This document shows, one piece after another, positions 63,399-64,000 of a DNA stretch of 64,000 nucleotides; position 1 is the stretch's first letter; each line of letters starts with the position of its first letter. The stretch spans positions 3,254 through 67,253 of the forward strand of contig JBMFNP010000003.1 in NCBI GenBank assembly GCA_049970095.1. The letters run 5' to 3'. The DNA comes from Thermoplasmata archaeon (GTDB lineage Archaea > Thermoplasmatota > Thermoplasmata > Lutacidiplasmatales > SKW197). The notes under the pieces were generated by a model. It had not been told where the DNA came from, made no database searches, and saw only the letters and a program-made list of their open reading frames with translations. Both the position numbers and the translations under genes were made by a program.

Positions 63399-64000
63399 AT
63401 GTTCAAAATTTGTGTTGATCCAACTAAACTTTCTTTTGACTATGTGCCTCCAAGGTTACCGTGCCGTGAAAAGCATCTTCAGGAACTGGCGAATCTTTTC
63501 AGACATACGGTGCACAGCAGAATAACCCAGAATGTGTTTCTGCACGGTTATGTGGGCACTGGAAAAACAGTAACTGCAAGGCGGTTCTGCATTGATTTCA
63601 AGAATATGTGTCTTTCTCATAACATACCAGTGGAGTATGTGCATATTAATTGCAGGCAGAGAATGAATGAAGTCAGCGTTATGACTGCGCTGCTCCGCTA
63701 TTTTCAGCCAGATTTCCCTGACAGAGGTTTTTCGGTTCAGGATATGCTTGGTGTGCTTGAAAAAATTCTTAACTGGAAAAAAATGCACCTCCTGCTTGTG
63801 CTTGATGAGGTGGATGTGCTCTTGCGAAAAAAGGCAGATCTGATATATAATATTACCAGGATTAATGAGGATGCGCTGCGGGATGGCAGAGTTTCACTTA
63901 TTCTTATTTCCCAGATAAATGTTTTTCAACTTCTGGATCCTTCTTCAATGAGTACATTTAAACGCTCAAACATAATCCGATTTGAGAGATATGCTGCAGA
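63399..64000 (+). CDS. orc1: Orc1/Cdc6 replication initiator (AAA+), 3' end truncated by window edge
   Basis: 'HGYVGTGKT' is Walker A. 'LLLVLDEVD' is Walker B. The N-terminal 'LSFDYVPPRLPCREKHLQELANLF' is a typical Cdc6 start. The frame is open to the end of the window. Confidence 0.85.
   Translation, partial: MFKICVDPTKLSFDYVPPRLPCREKHLQELANLFRHTVHSRITQNVFLHGYVGTGKTVTARRFCIDFKNMCLSHNIPVEYVHINCRQRMNEVSVMTALLRYFQPDFPDRGFSVQDMLGVLEKILNWKKMHLLLVLDEVDVLLRKKADLIYNITRINEDALRDGRVSLILISQINVFQLLDPSSMSTFKRSNIIRFERYAA

Noticed and set aside
1-64000. CRISPR array, tRNA or rRNA genes
   Set aside because: No short-period direct repeats with unique spacers were seen. The longer intergenic regions (3750-4060, 4752-5016, 13848-13950, 17359-17532, 47797-47927) were read and showed no cloverleaf-compatible segments or rRNA-like conservation. 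This is a manual scan only.

Overview
The window looks like an archaeal chromosomal fragment. GC content is roughly 40% (estimated by eye, not computed), the density of coding sequence appears high, and there are many 1–4 nt start/stop overlaps. Archaeal markers: an HTH-fused CTP-type riboflavin kinase (RbkR-like), Sm-like protein next to ribosomal protein L37e, Topo VI subunit B, Orc1/Cdc6, Mre11–Rad50, a preQ0/archaeosine module (QueD, QueE), a PGF-CTERM sorting signal, and surface proteins extremely rich in N-x-S/T sequons. Lineage is not assignable from sequence alone; a heterotrophic euryarchaeote is plausible but unproven. Housekeeping blocks are acyl-CoA dehydrogenase–EtfBA–NadX, ArgF plus an M20 deacylase, ADP-forming acetyl-CoA synthetase α/β, PurF, a GT4 glycosyltransferase and endonuclease IV. 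The centrepiece is a tightly coupled four-gene minus-strand operon (25074..30147) encoding a complete ubiquitin-like conjugation toolkit. Its products are a C-terminal β-grasp Ubl ending in GG plus a 5-residue tail, fused to a Zn-ribbon/DUF835-like protein; a UBC-fold E2 with a canonical HPN...Cys active site; a JAMM/MPN+ isopeptidase fused to a roughly 600-aa coiled coil; and a ThiF/MoeB-type E1. The gene order Ubl–E2–JAB–E1 matches bacterial Bil-type antiviral operons, but the domain fusions look unusual. Other notable items: a surface-protein gene with a near-perfect 645-bp tandem duplication, in an operon with two zinc-ribbon/TM/OB-fold-like paralogs and a TctA-like permease; an islet with a stand-alone Cas4-like nuclease, a VapC PIN gene and a 195-bp element bounded by 16-bp inverted repeats; mre11–rad50 coupled to xseA–xseB instead of herA/nurA; and three KaiC-like ATPase modules. 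No tRNA, rRNA or CRISPR array was recognised.
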